The translations under genes were made by a program, and so were the position numbers. Of a DNA stretch of 64,000 bases, positions 41,766 to 52,233 are shown in pieces. The DNA comes from a virus: positions 2,897 through 66,896 of IMG/VR virus record IMGVR_UViG_3300046170_000274; one strand, 5' to 3'. Position 1 is the first letter of the stretch, and each line of letters starts with the position of its first letter. The notes beneath the pieces were generated by a model that saw nothing but the letters and a program-made list of their open reading frames with translations, was not told where the DNA came from and ran no database searches.

Positions 41766-43259
41766 ATGATAGAAAGATTTAAAAATATATTTTATGGATT
41801 AGACCGTGCACATGGTGTCACTTTAGTTGGTGAATCAAATGGTGACGGCAACAAGATCAAAGGTAAATCGTTTGTTAAACGAGAACCAGTCACAGATGAG
41901 TTGTGGCAAAAGCATTTAGATGGTGCTAACAGTTTAGGTATTATACCAATCAATGATGACAACAAATGTAAGTGGGGATGTATAGACATTGACTCATACG
42001 CAGAGTTTGATCACAAACAATTAATAAATAAAATAAAACAATTTCAATTACCATTAGTCGTATGTAGATCAAAGTCTGGTGGTGCTCATGTATTTTTATT
42101 TACAGAAGATTATGTATCAGCAGGTTTGATGCAAGATAAATTAAATGAGATTAGATCTGTATTAGGTTATGGTGGATCAGAAGTATTTCCAAAACAAAGA
42201 GAATTAAAATCAAAAGATGATACAGGAAACTTTTTAAATTTACCATACTTTAATTGTGGTCAGACAACAAGATATGCCTTTATGGAGGATGGCGAAGCTG
42301 CTAGTATAGATGCTTTTTTTGAACTCTACGAAAGACATAAACAACAAGACATTAGCAAGATAGAAATTAAAAGACCAGAGACACCATATTCTGATGGACC
42401 ACCATGTATAGAATTAATGGCACAAAATAAAATTGGTGAAGGTGGTAGAAATAATGCACTATTTCATTATGGTGTGTATGCAAAATCTAAATGGCCAGAC
42501 AATTGGAAAACAAAAGTAATGATCTTCAATGAGACTGCAATGCAGCAACCATTGTCAGATACAGAAGTACAAATAATTATAAAACAACATGATAAAAAAG
42601 AGTGGGGTTACAAATGTAATGACCAACCTATGTGTAGTTTGTGTGATAAAAAATTATGTAGGTCTAGAAAGTTTGGTATAGGTCAAGAGATAATATTTCC
42701 AAGTCTAACAGATTTACAAGTAGTTAACCTGGAAGAACCTTACTATTACATGAATGTAGATGGAGATAGATTGTATCTAGATTCAGCAAAACATTTAGCT
42801 AACCAAACTTTATTTCAAGAAGAATGTATAAAACAATTAAGAATAAATCCACCAACACTAAAGACAGGTGATTGGAAAAAAATTACTACTGTATTATTAA
42901 GTGGTGCAGAGATCACAGAACCTGCAGAAGGCACAAGTACAAAAGATATATTAAATAATTACCTAGAAGATTATTGTGTAAACAGAATACAAAAAGACGA
43001 TTACGAAGACTTACGTAATGGTGGTACTTATACTAAAGATGGCTTTCATCACTTTGTATTTGATAACTTCTTTAACAACTATCTATCAAGAAAACATTGG
43101 AGAGTTCCATATCAAAGAACATCACAGATGTTAAAAGATGATCTAAACTGTACAACTAAACGTGTAGGTAAAACAAAACTATCTGTGTTTGTTGTAGCTA
43201 GGTTTGATAAGAAAACAGAAACATACAAACCAAAAACATTTAAGAAAGAAAACTACTAA
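41766..43259 (+). CDS. AEP-type DNA primase with PriCT-like domain
   Basis: GCIDID, RSKSGGAH, GNFLNLPY, GGRNNALF, Cys cluster. Confidence 0.8.
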   Translation: MIERFKNIFYGLDRAHGVTLVGESNGDGNKIKGKSFVKREPVTDELWQKHLDGANSLGIIPINDDNKCKWGCIDIDSYAEFDHKQLINKIKQFQLPLVVCRSKSGGAHVFLFTEDYVSAGLMQDKLNEIRSVLGYGGSEVFPKQRELKSKDDTGNFLNLPYFNCGQTTRYAFMEDGEAASIDAFFELYERHKQQDISKIEIKRPETPYSDGPPCIELMAQNKIGEGGRNNALFHYGVYAKSKWPDNWKTKVMIFNETAMQQPLSDTEVQIIIKQHDKKEWGYKCNDQPMCSLCDKKLCRSRKFGIGQEIIFPSLTDLQVVNLEEPYYYMNVDGDRLYLDSAKHLANQTLFQEECIKQLRINPPTLKTGDWKKITTVLLSGAEITEPAEGTSTKDILNNYLEDYCVNRIQKDDYEDLRNGGTYTKDGFHHFVFDNFFNNYLSRKHWRVPYQRTSQMLKDDLNCTTKRVGKTKLSVFVVARFDKKTETYKPKTFKKENY

Positions 43260-44744
43260 TGCGTCACATAATTTATGGACCACCAGGTACAGGTAAAACA
43301 CATACATTACTAGGACACATAGAAAAGTTTCTAGCTAACACACCACCAGATAAGATTGGTTATTTTACATTTAGTAAGAACGCTGCACAAGAAGGTAAAC
43401 AAAGAGCAGTAGATAAATTTAAATTATCTTATAATGATGTACCATACTTTCAAACACTACATTCATTTTGTTTTAATCAACTTGGTATAAATAGAAACCA
43501 GGTAATGCAACCAAAGCATTACAAAGAATTATCAGAGAAGATGCAAATAGAGTTAGAAGGTGCAAGACAAGACGAAGACTATGAAGGTATATTTTATTCT
43601 CCAGATCCATACATACAATTAATAAACTTAGCACGATCAAAAGAGATGGACCCAATAAAATTTTATCATTTGAATAACAACTCAAAGATACAATTAAGTA
43701 AATTAGAAATTATAGTTGAAGAGTTAGAGAACTACAAAGAACAAAATGGTTTGATTGACTTTCCAGATATGCTAGATAAATTTATAGCGAGTGGTGAATC
43801 ACCAAGTCTAAGAGTTATGTTTGTAGATGAAGCACAAGATTTAAGTTTGATACAATGGAGATTAGTTAAAAAGATAGAAGAGAAAGCACAAGACTCATAC
43901 ATATCAGGTGACGATGACCAGGCCTATATACAGATGGAATGGTGCACATGTAAGTACATTTATAAATTTAGAAGGTGATAGAACTGTACTAGAACAATCA
44001 CAAAGGGTACCACAGATACCTTTTCAATTAGCAAACAAGATAATAAAAAAAGTACACAACAGAGTAGAAAAAGAATGGCTACCAAAAGAAGAAGAGGGAT
44101 CTGTTTCTTACTGTAGCAATCTTCACGAAGTAGATTTCTCACGTGGTAAATGGTTAGTGTTAGCACAAGCTAACTATATGTTAGCAGGTATTGGAAACAT
44201 ATTAGATGAAAAAGAATTGTATTGGCAAAGAAGAAATGCTGTACCAAGAGTAAAAAATATCTATGAAATTATATTGAAATGGAATGACTTACGAAAAGGT
44301 ATACCTTTACATTATAATGATGTTAAGAAGATCGCTGCAAAGATGACCAAAGATAATTGGGATCCAAAGTTATTTAAAACAATAATCAAAGATGGTTTCT
44401 ATGACATAGATACTTTGAAAGAGAAGTATGGACTTAACACAGAATCTGAATGGGACGAAGCATTAAATGAAATAGGTGATGAAGATATAAAGAAGATAAA
44501 AAAATTAATTAAGTCAGGAGAAAACTTAGACAAGAATCCTAGAATTAGTATTTCTACAATACATGGCGTCAAAGGTAATGAACGAGAGAATGTAGTTGTA
44601 ATAACAGACTTGGCTGGTGCAGCATTTATTGATTATGAAAAAGATCCAGATGATACACACAGATTATTTTATGTTGCCTGCACAAGAACAGAAAAAAACT
44701 TATACATAATAGAACCACAAACTAAAAAGGCATACAATCTATGA
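43259..44744 (+). CDS. UvrD/Rep-like SF1 helicase (indel near 43925)
   Basis: GPPGTGKT, VDEAQD, GDDDQAI, STIHGVKGNE, FYVACTR. Confidence 0.9.
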
Positions 44745-44996
44745 CGAACAAAGATATATTTGAGGATGCATTTCCTCAAGACAAACAAATAGGCGGGAGT
44801 CACTACAAAGACTTTCACATTCAACCCTACGAATTTATTTCAAAGAATGATTTATCATTCTTTCAAGGGCAACGTTGTGAAATATGTTTGTAGATATTTA
44901 CACAAAAATGGTGTAGAAGATCTGGAGAAGATTAAACACTATTGTGATTTAGAAATTAAGAAATTGAAAGATATGAAAAATGCCAAGAGCAAGTAA
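44741..44996 (+). CDS. DUF3310 / T7 gp1.7-like protein (indel near 44868)
   Basis: Manual translation QIGGSHYK...QP.EFI...GNVVKYVCRY..KNG.EDLEK. Confidence 0.75.
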
Positions 44997-45192
44997 GATT
45001 GTAAAAACTATTAGCATTAATAAAAAATATAAATTTAATCTAGAAATTTATCTAGGACTAGAAGACAAATTCTCATGGGAGATATTTCCTCATGACTATA
45101 ACGCGGCTTTATATGCATTTAGCAATAAGGATAAACTTAATAAGACTATAGAGAGTAAACATATCTATGAACCAAAACAAACCAATATTTAA
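44980..45192 (+). CDS. Hypothetical protein
   Basis: 70-aa ORF coupled to neighbours. Confidence 0.5.
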   Translation: MPRASKIVKTISINKKYKFNLEIYLGLEDKFSWEIFPHDYNAALYAFSNKDKLNKTIESKHIYEPKQTNI

Positions 45193-47020
45193 ACCACAGA
45201 CAGAGTGGCTACCACCAGAATCTTTTCCAGACTTATCTAAGTATGATGAGATTGCAATTGACTTAGAGACTAAGGACCCAGATTTAAAATCTACAGGTTC
45301 AGGTTCAGTCATTGGTAATGGTGCAGTAGTTGGAATAGCTGTAGCTGTAGAAGGTTGGTCTGGATATTATCCTATCGCACATGAAGGTGGTGGTAACATG
45401 GATAAGAATATGGTCATAAAATGGTTTACCGATGTACTAAAAACACCTGCAATTAAGATATTTCACAATGCAATGTACGATGTATGTTGGATTAGGTCTA
45501 TGGGCCTTAAAATAGAGGGTAGAATAGTAGATACCATGATTGCTGGCTCTCTCGTGGACGAGAATCGCTTTCGATACGATTTAGGTAGTTTGGGTCGTGA
45601 TTACGTCGGAATCGGCAAAAATGAGGCTGTATTGAAGGAAACTGCAGCGCATTGGGGCATCGATCACAAGGCAGAGATGTATAAACTACCTGCGATGTAT
45701 GTTGGCGAGTATGCAGAGCAAGATGCGGTTCTAACTCTAAAATTATGGCAAGAGATGAAGAAACAAATTGAACATGAAGATGTACAATCTATCTTTGACT
45801 TAGAGACAGAACTATTTCCTTGCCTCGTTGATATGAGATTCTTAGGTGTGCGTGTAGATACAGAAGCAGCTCACCAATTGAAGAAAAAATTAGTTGGAGA
45901 AGAAGAGTTAGCATTACTAAAAGTAAAAAAAGAAACAGGAATAGACATTCAGATATGGGCTGCAAGATCAATTGCCAAAGTTTTTGAAAAACTAAACTTA
46001 CCTTATGACGTAACTGCGAAAACACAAGCACCATCCTTTACTAAAAATTTTTTACAGAACCATCCAAATCCGATCGTTCAACAAATTGCACGTGCAAGAG
46101 AGATTAATAAATCACATACAACTTTTATTGATACCATATTAAAGCATTCACATAAAGGTAGAATACATGCTGAGATCAATCAGATTAGATCCGATCAAGG
46201 CGGAACTGTGACAGGACGTTTCAGTTACAACAATCCAAACTTACAGCAGATACCAGCACGGAACAAGGAACTTGGACCACTGATCAGAAGTTTGTTTATA
46301 CCTGAAGAAGGATGTAGCTGGGGTTGCTTTGACTACTCACAACAAGAGCCACGACTTGTTACACACTATGCAGCATTAGATGGACTCTATGGTGTAGAAG
46401 AAGTTCTTGATGCATACAACGATGAACCGGATACAGACTTTCATAGAATTGTTGCTGACATGGCAAACATACCTAGATCACAGGCCAAGACAATTAACCT
46501 TGGTTTGTTTTATGGTATGGGTAAAAACAAATTACAAGCAGAGCTAGGTGTATCTAAAGAGAACGCTGAAGATCTATTTAGAACGTACCATGACAAAGTC
46601 CCTTTTGTTAAAATGTTAATGGAAAGTGTAATGCGTAGAGCACAGGACAGAGGTCGAGTTAGAACTTTACTAGGTCGAAGATGTAGATTTAATTTATGGG
46701 AGCCCAACCAGTTCGGGATACATAAAGCATTGCCTCACGAAGAAGCGCTCACGGAACACGGACCAGGGATCAAGAGAGCTTATACATACAAAGCACTCAA
46801 TAAACTTATACAAGGATCAGCCGCAGACATGACTAAAAAAGCTATGGTTGATCTGTACAAAGAAGGTATCGTACCGCATATACAAGTACATGATGAACTT
46901 GATATATCGGTCGATGGTAATGCAGATAAAATAAAAGAGATTATGGAATCTGCAGTTGAACTAGAAGTACCAAACAAAGTGGACTATGAATCTGGACCAA
47001 ATTGGGGTACAATTAAATGA
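45167..47020 (+). CDS. polA: Family A DNA polymerase with 3'-5' exonuclease (Leu at the E. coli 762-equivalent position)
   Basis: IDLET, HNAMYD, TGRFS..NPNLQQIP, DYSQQEPR, KTINLGLFYG, VHDE. Confidence 0.95.
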   Translation: MNQNKPIFKPQTEWLPPESFPDLSKYDEIAIDLETKDPDLKSTGSGSVIGNGAVVGIAVAVEGWSGYYPIAHEGGGNMDKNMVIKWFTDVLKTPAIKIFHNAMYDVCWIRSMGLKIEGRIVDTMIAGSLVDENRFRYDLGSLGRDYVGIGKNEAVLKETAAHWGIDHKAEMYKLPAMYVGEYAEQDAVLTLKLWQEMKKQIEHEDVQSIFDLETELFPCLVDMRFLGVRVDTEAAHQLKKKLVGEEELALLKVKKETGIDIQIWAARSIAKVFEKLNLPYDVTAKTQAPSFTKNFLQNHPNPIVQQIARAREINKSHTTFIDTILKHSHKGRIHAEINQIRSDQGGTVTGRFSYNNPNLQQIPARNKELGPLIRSLFIPEEGCSWGCFDYSQQEPRLVTHYAALDGLYGVEEVLDAYNDEPDTDFHRIVADMANIPRSQAKTINLGLFYGMGKNKLQAELGVSKENAEDLFRTYHDKVPFVKMLMESVMRRAQDRGRVRTLLGRRCRFNLWEPNQFGIHKALPHEEALTEHGPGIKRAYTYKALNKLIQGSAADMTKKAMVDLYKEGIVPHIQVHDELDISVDGNADKIKEIMESAVELEVPNKVDYESGPNWGTIK

Positions 47021-47029
47021 GGATAAACT

Positions 47030-47680
47030 ATGGCATATTTAAACGCAAACATACCACCAACTTATGCGCAAATAAGAAAGGAGTATCTGTATGATCTTAA
47101 AAAACATAAGGGAGAAGTTGCTGACTGCATTATCTTTGGTCTTAGCGCTCTTACAGGTCGGGCTATATTATTTCATGCTATTATGGAAAACGGTGCAATA
47201 TTTTATCGCCTACCAATTAGCGCGTTTATTCAACAGGGATTTGATGCATCCGGAGTGCCCTCAAGACGACTTGATGAACTACAGCTCTGGAATTGTTTTT
47301 CTTATTATCCTGCTGTTCATCGTTGGGATATACTAGACGGACAAGCCGGTAAGTATATAGGAAAAGATAAGAAATGGCACCCTGGAAAATATTTATTTAC
47401 AGTTGACTTTGCACATCCAGAGTCTAATATACTTGACACTGATCATTCAGAGATTCCGCACGAACACAAGTGCGCTCACATAATTGCACTAGATGATGGT
47501 AATTATGCAGCACAACCTAACAATAGATGTATATGGGACATACCTTCTTTTACAGTAAAAGATGATATTCCCGATTGGAAAGTGCAGACTTCTGAGTGGA
47601 ATGTAGAAGATAGTAGAGCATGGCGGACAGAAGATACCGACAAGTTCTTCTATGAAATCGAGGAGAAAAAAAATGATTGA
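47030..47680 (+). CDS. Conserved hypothetical phage protein
   Basis: MAYLNANIPP...RLPISAF...LQLWNC...EHKCAH...AAQPNNR. Confidence 0.7.
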   Translation: MAYLNANIPPTYAQIRKEYLYDLKKHKGEVADCIIFGLSALTGRAILFHAIMENGAIFYRLPISAFIQQGFDASGVPSRRLDELQLWNCFSYYPAVHRWDILDGQAGKYIGKDKKWHPGKYLFTVDFAHPESNILDTDHSEIPHEHKCAHIIALDDGNYAAQPNNRCIWDIPSFTVKDDIPDWKVQTSEWNVEDSRAWRTEDTDKFFYEIEEKKND

Positions 47681-47861
47681 TAAAATGAAAAGTAAAGCTA
47701 TGCATTACTGGTCAGACCACAAGATTGAATGTCTTGTATTCGTTGTACTTATTGTAGCTTACGTATTAAAGTAATGATTATGGAGTATGCTAGGATGGAT
47801 TATAGATTCACAGCAATGTTAATTATTGCTCTTTGTCTCCTAGCATTCTTCGGAGGTCCCA

Positions 47862-48236
47862 ATGTCCAATAAACCACTAAACATCGGAGAAGAGGCACGA
47901 GTGCAGATGCCGATGAAGACGGTTGCTAGCCTGATCGTGCTCGTCGCAATGGGCGTGTTCGCATATACGGAGCTGACTGCGAGGTTGGTATCGTTAGAGA
48001 CATCACGTGAGTTGTTTGAGAATGATTTGTTAAAGAAATCAGAACAAGTGCCCACGGACCAGGAGCAACATTTTTTAATCGAGGATCTTTATAAGTCTGT
48101 AGAGAAAATGGAAGAGACTCAAGAGATGAACATGACAAACAAAGTTAATATAGAATTTTTAAGAGAACAATTAGATAAAGCACTAGCAGATATTGAAGTG
48201 TTAAAAGATAAAGGTTAGACAAAACGGAGGTCATTA
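47862..48236 (+). CDS. Membrane-anchored coiled-coil protein
   Basis: N-terminal TM VASLIVLVAMGVFAY then coiled coil; indel near 48212. Confidence 0.55.
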
Positions 48237-48470
48237 ATGGAGTTAGTTGTAGCCCTACTTATGATTGTAAACGGAGAGATCAAAGAACACAGAATTCAAA
48301 TTGATCCTGAGACAGGTAAACATTCAATGTCAATGTGCTTGAAAGGTAAGAGAGTTGCAATGAGATCGAATAAAAATAATAATGTTATTTATCAATGTAT
48401 CAAGTCTATGGCCGAGCTCGAGTCGAACGTAGACGGATCGAAGTCAATTAAAAAATTAATATTAGAATAA
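48237..48470 (+). CDS. Small protein with hydrophobic N-terminus and Cys pair
   Basis: MELVVALLMIV...CLKGKR...QCIK. Confidence 0.5.
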   Translation: MELVVALLMIVNGEIKEHRIQIDPETGKHSMSMCLKGKRVAMRSNKNNNVIYQCIKSMAELESNVDGSKSIKKLILE

Positions 48471-48607
48471 TGAAGAAAAATTGTAAACAGTGTAAAAAAG
48501 AATTTGAAGCTAAAGATGAATTAGATATGTTTTGCAGCGATGACTGCAAACAAGACGCTCTCGCAGACCTTGACAATGACAGCGATGAGTGTTTAAGTTG
48601 TCAGTAA
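48470..48607 (+). CDS. Small Cys-rich zinc-finger protein, 45 aa
   Basis: Manual translation CKQCKKEF...FCSDDC...DECLSCQ. Confidence 0.55.
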   Translation: MKKNCKQCKKEFEAKDELDMFCSDDCKQDALADLDNDSDECLSCQ

Positions 48608-48813
48608 TGAAAATACAGACAGAAGTTGTTAATGGACAATGTCCAACATGTGATGAGTTTACTATGTTAGTTGGAATTACAAATCAATTATATAGATGTA
48701 TGAATTGTGGTTCTGATTTAGAACAACATATTAATGGTAAAATAGTTTATCTACCACATATTACCAGACCAAAAGATTCTACTCCTTTTGTAAAAGAATG
48801 GAAAGATGGCTAG
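48607..48813 (+). CDS. Zinc-ribbon protein
   Basis: CPTC...CMNC. Confidence 0.55.
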   Translation: MKIQTEVVNGQCPTCDEFTMLVGITNQLYRCMNCGSDLEQHINGKIVYLPHITRPKDSTPFVKEWKDG

Positions 48814-48940
48814 ACAAAGTTTTAAGTTCTTCACACCCCGTGATAAGCCTAAGAAAAGAGGCGCTCGTCAACATAAAAAAAATAAAAATAAGTCAGAAAA
48901 ACGTCAAAAAAAACAGACTCGTTACAAAGGACAGGGTTGA
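48806..48940 (+). CDS. Small very basic peptide ending RYKGQG
   Basis: Manual translation, 44 aa. Confidence 0.5.
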   Translation: MARQSFKFFTPRDKPKKRGARQHKKNKNKSEKRQKKQTRYKGQG

Positions 48941-48964
48941 CATTATCCTAAAATATCCTACATT
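48937..48964 (+). promoter_or_regulatory. Sigma70-like promoter containing two ATCCTA boxes
   Basis: TTGACA-ttatcctaaaatatcc-TACATT. Confidence 0.55.
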
Positions 48965-48970
48965 GTAGGT

Positions 48971-49174
48971 ATGAAAGAAAAAACAATAACAATTACAGTA
49001 GATGGTACTAATCCTGGTCAATGGTCTAACCTTTTACTGGAACTAAATATAATGAAAAAAGCATGGAGACCTTTTGGGGTCAACATGAATTTGAAAGCAC
49101 CAGGTATCAAAAATATAATTGAGTGGGGCAACAAGACAGGAGAGTATGTCAGACCTAATCGAAAAAAAAAATAA
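48971..49174 (+). CDS. Hypothetical protein
   Basis: ORF downstream of the promoter. Confidence 0.5.
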   Translation: MKEKTITITVDGTNPGQWSNLLLELNIMKKAWRPFGVNMNLKAPGIKNIIEWGNKTGEYVRPNRKKK

Positions 49175-49380
49175 TGGAACTAATAATACAGAACGACGGA
49201 TTGTATCAGTTAGTAGTTGTCACAAAAGAGATGACGGAACATATCTCATTATTGGCAGAAGTAGACTGCATGGATCTGTGCGAGATACTAAGACTAAAAC
49301 TAACAAGCTACGTAGATAGTTTAAATCTACATGTAATGAATGATGGCAGCGGTAATTTTTACGGCTGCATCTGTAAATAA
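49174..49380 (+). CDS. Hypothetical protein
   Basis: TAATG-coupled ORF. Confidence 0.5.
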   Translation: MELIIQNDGLYQLVVVTKEMTEHISLLAEVDCMDLCEILRLKLTSYVDSLNLHVMNDGSGNFYGCICK

Positions 49381-49418
49381 ACCTATCCCTAAAGAGGGGA
49401 AATAATGTGGGATAGGTT
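49380..49418. terminator. Hairpin between convergent genes
   Basis: aacctatccc...gggataggtt perfect 10-bp stem. Confidence 0.5.
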
Positions 49419-49450
49419 ATGGTGAGAAGATTCTTAACCCACTAACATAA

Positions 49451-49669
49451 TTAAATTACCTTGTCAACTTTACACGAAAATTTTGTATAAACTTCCATAC
49501 TGTTGACCCATTCTGGATCAAATTCTGTGATTATTCTGTGTGAATAACTATAACCATAAACTATACAGTCATAATAATTATCAAATAATTTTTCTTTGGT
49601 GGGTATAACTTTACATTCATTTTGTGCTACCCCTGAACACATAACCATTAATAAAATAAATTTTGTCAT
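49451..49669 (-). CDS. Small exported Cys-rich protein
   Basis: MTKFILLMVMCS...C...C...KFSC; hydrophobic N-terminus. Confidence 0.5.
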   Translation of the reverse strand: MTKFILLMVMCSGVAQNECKVIPTKEKLFDNYYDCIVYGYSYSHRIITEFDPEWVNSMEVYTKFSCKVDKVI

Positions 49670-49724
49670 TGACAATCCTATACTATCACTTATATATTAG
49701 GTCTTAACATGAAAGGAAGTACAC

Positions 49725-49898
49725 ATGACAGACATGAGTAAATACAAAAATGTTTCTCTAACTAAAGAAACATACGCTACTTTGGATAAGTTATCAAAGA
49801 TAATATTGCCCGATGCAAAACTAAGCGTAGCAAAGACAATTGAAGCAATAGCAAACGAGAAAGCGAAGAAATTAAATGGCAAGTTCAAAAAAAGTTAA
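49725..49898 (+). CDS. Ribbon-helix-helix-like DNA-binding protein, 57 aa
   Basis: Manual translation MTDMSKYKNVSLTKETYATLDKLSK...LSVAKTIE; GAAAGGA RBS; TTGACA promoter at 49669. Confidence 0.55.
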   Translation: MTDMSKYKNVSLTKETYATLDKLSKIILPDAKLSVAKTIEAIANEKAKKLNGKFKKS

Positions 49899-50073
49899 GA
49901 AAGTCTACATATGTCCTACCTGTAAAGGTAATGGCTATGTAAAGGTCGCATGCATTATGGAGAAAGAAGACATGATTCATCAATGCTGGGACTGTGACTC
50001 TCAAGGAGAACTTTATGACTACGGTGATGAGGACTTTTCAGATCTTGAGGGAGAAGGGATGTCAATACATTAA
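49876..50073 (+). CDS. DnaJ-type zinc-finger small protein
   Basis: CPTCKGNG...CWDCDSQG. Confidence 0.65.
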   Translation: MASSKKVKKVYICPTCKGNGYVKVACIMEKEDMIHQCWDCDSQGELYDYGDEDFSDLEGEGMSIH

Positions 50074-50513
50074 TGATAGAAGATGTTGACAAAGCTTATA
50101 TCGCAGGTTTGTTTGATGGTGAAGGATCAATTCATATTAAACGTGGGGTAGAGAAGAAAAAGAAACACAAGGGTAAACCTGGATATCGGTTATCTAATTC
50201 TATGCGTATCAGTATGGAAATCACGATGACCGATAGATCAGTTTTGATTTGGGTTCATGAGGTTTTAGGTGTTGGGACACTAACTCCTAAGAAAGTAAAA
50301 GGTAATAGAAGCGATGGCACGCCGTATTTAAAACAATATAGGTGGAGATGTACATTTAGAGATGCATACCATGTGTGCTGTCTTCTATGGCCGTTTGCGC
50401 ATACTAAATTACCTAAGATACAAGAGGTGATAGAGCACTATACAACTAAAGCATTTAAGGATAATGTAATATCTTTAGATGAATATAAACAAATAAGAAA
50501 CGATGTTCGATAA
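50073..50513 (+). CDS. Free-standing single-motif LAGLIDADG endonuclease-like protein
   Basis: AYIAGLFDGEGSI...MEITMTD...LGVG...YRW...LWPF..TK. Confidence 0.85.
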   Translation: MIEDVDKAYIAGLFDGEGSIHIKRGVEKKKKHKGKPGYRLSNSMRISMEITMTDRSVLIWVHEVLGVGTLTPKKVKGNRSDGTPYLKQYRWRCTFRDAYHVCCLLWPFAHTKLPKIQEVIEHYTTKAFKDNVISLDEYKQIRNDVR

Positions 50514-50765
50514 ATATATTTATAATTTTTTATACTTTGTAAACCATGTATCAACTAAACTAACAAGTTGGTCATGGTGTAAGTTATATTCAGATAGGAG
50601 AAAAGGCTATGGCTACAAAAGAAAAAGGTAGAACGTTTGATGGTATTACAAGACCATCGAATGATTTATACAGAGAAAATTTTAATAAAATATTTGGTAA
50701 AAAAGAAAAAACTTTACATGAAGAACTTATGGAAGGTTTTGAAAAAGAACAGAAAGAATTAGATA

Positions 50766-51530
50766 ATGAAGAAGAGTAATAAATACAATTATTTAGAAGG
50801 AAAACAAATCACGGATCCTGATACTGGAAAACGTGTCTATGAGATAAGTTCTTATAGACTTCCAAGTGTAACTACTATATTAGGGGCTACCAAAAATACA
50901 GAATTTTTAACCAAATGGAAGGCCAAAGTCGGTGAAGAACAAGCGACACGAATCAAGAATATATCTAGTGCACGGGGGACCAGTATGCATAAATTCCTCG
51001 AGTCATTTATTACCGATGTTGGCTACGATGATCTTACAGAACTCGGACAGGCGGCGTTGCCCATGGCCAAAAAAATTATGGAGATCGGTCTTGCGCCGGT
51101 GGAAGAGTATTATGGTTCCGAAGTTACGTTACACTATCCGGGCCTATACGCAGGTCAAACAGACCTTGTCTGTAATCATAATGGTATGGAAACTGTCGTT
51201 GACTTCAAGCAAGCTAACCGTCCGAAAAAGAAAGAATGGATCGAAGATTATTATTTGCAAATTGCAGCATACGCCATGGCACACGACTATGTATACGGCT
51301 CAGAGATTAAACAAGGAGTTATCATGGTATGCACGCCTGACTTATATTACCAAGAATTTAAGGTAGAAGGACCAGAACTTAGACGCTGGAAGCACGAATT
51401 CTTGAAACGTTTAGATATGTTTCATGAACTACAACACGACGAGAAAGAGAGAACAACACCAATGAAAGCGGAGGATTTTAATGACGGATCAAACGAGATG
51501 GGGAATAGACCAGATTCAAGTAAAGAATAA
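50766..51530 (+). CDS. PD-(D/E)xK exonuclease
   Basis: PSVTTIL...RGTSMH...E...YAGQTDL...DFK...QIAAYA. Confidence 0.85.
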   Translation: MKKSNKYNYLEGKQITDPDTGKRVYEISSYRLPSVTTILGATKNTEFLTKWKAKVGEEQATRIKNISSARGTSMHKFLESFITDVGYDDLTELGQAALPMAKKIMEIGLAPVEEYYGSEVTLHYPGLYAGQTDLVCNHNGMETVVDFKQANRPKKKEWIEDYYLQIAAYAMAHDYVYGSEIKQGVIMVCTPDLYYQEFKVEGPELRRWKHEFLKRLDMFHELQHDEKERTTPMKAEDFNDGSNEMGNRPDSSKE

Positions 51531-51690
51531 GGCTATAAAATACCAAAAGGACCTGGTTTCAAGCGCCATGGCCCATGTGGTCAAGATGGACGAATCAGGG
51601 ATCACGGACCTTATGTTGCAGATTGAGGCAGAATATGAGCGTAAATATGGCGACAATGTGGCAAAGAAGTACACAAAAACCGTACTATAG
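51481..51690 (+). CDS. Hypothetical protein
   Basis: GGAGG RBS; 69 aa. Confidence 0.45.
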   Translation: MTDQTRWGIDQIQVKNKAIKYQKDLVSSAMAHVVKMDESGITDLMLQIEAEYERKYGDNVAKKYTKTVL

Positions 51691-51919
51691 TATTCTGTGA
51701 CAGATTTTATTTTTTTTTTATTTTTTCTCTGGATAATGTGTACCAAGTGTACTTTTGGTCTAGAAGTGTTGGTATATATGACTTTAGGGTGGACACTTTT
51801 TGGTACACTTTTTATTTTATTTAGAGATAAAGTGTACTATCAAATTTCGGTCCACGCGCGCGAATGTGTTTTTTAAAATAAAAAATCTGTGGTAGAATAC
51901 TATAGAAGGAATTAAACCT

Positions 51920-52233
51920 ATGCCAAAAAAGAAATCTAGAAGAATAAATAGCTACAACAAACCTAAGCTGGTCAAGCAAGCAGTCAAGTTTCCATATAAG
52001 CGTGTACGTATCGATTGGATTGATATCATCACTGAAGGCGGCTGGGGTACGGTAAAGAGTTTACTGACATGAAACTAGCAACACCGGTAAGTGAAGGGTG
52101 GTTGTTTTCTAAAGACAAAGATACTGTAAGAATATTTGCAGGCTATGATGTTGATGATGATGGGTCTATTACTTTTTCTGAGAGGTCGGTGTTTCCAACT
52201 TCTTGTGTGAAGAAGATAACGAAGATTCATTAG
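51920..52233 (+). CDS. Conserved hypothetical phage protein (indel near 52055)
   Basis: Manual translation VRIDWIDI..EGGW...SEGWLF...FP.SCVKKI. Confidence 0.5.

Noticed and set aside
50932-51366. 144-aa alternate-frame ORF inside the exonuclease, and similar shadow or antisense ORFs elsewhere
   Set aside because: Fully nested in well-supported genes, with no recognisable motifs.
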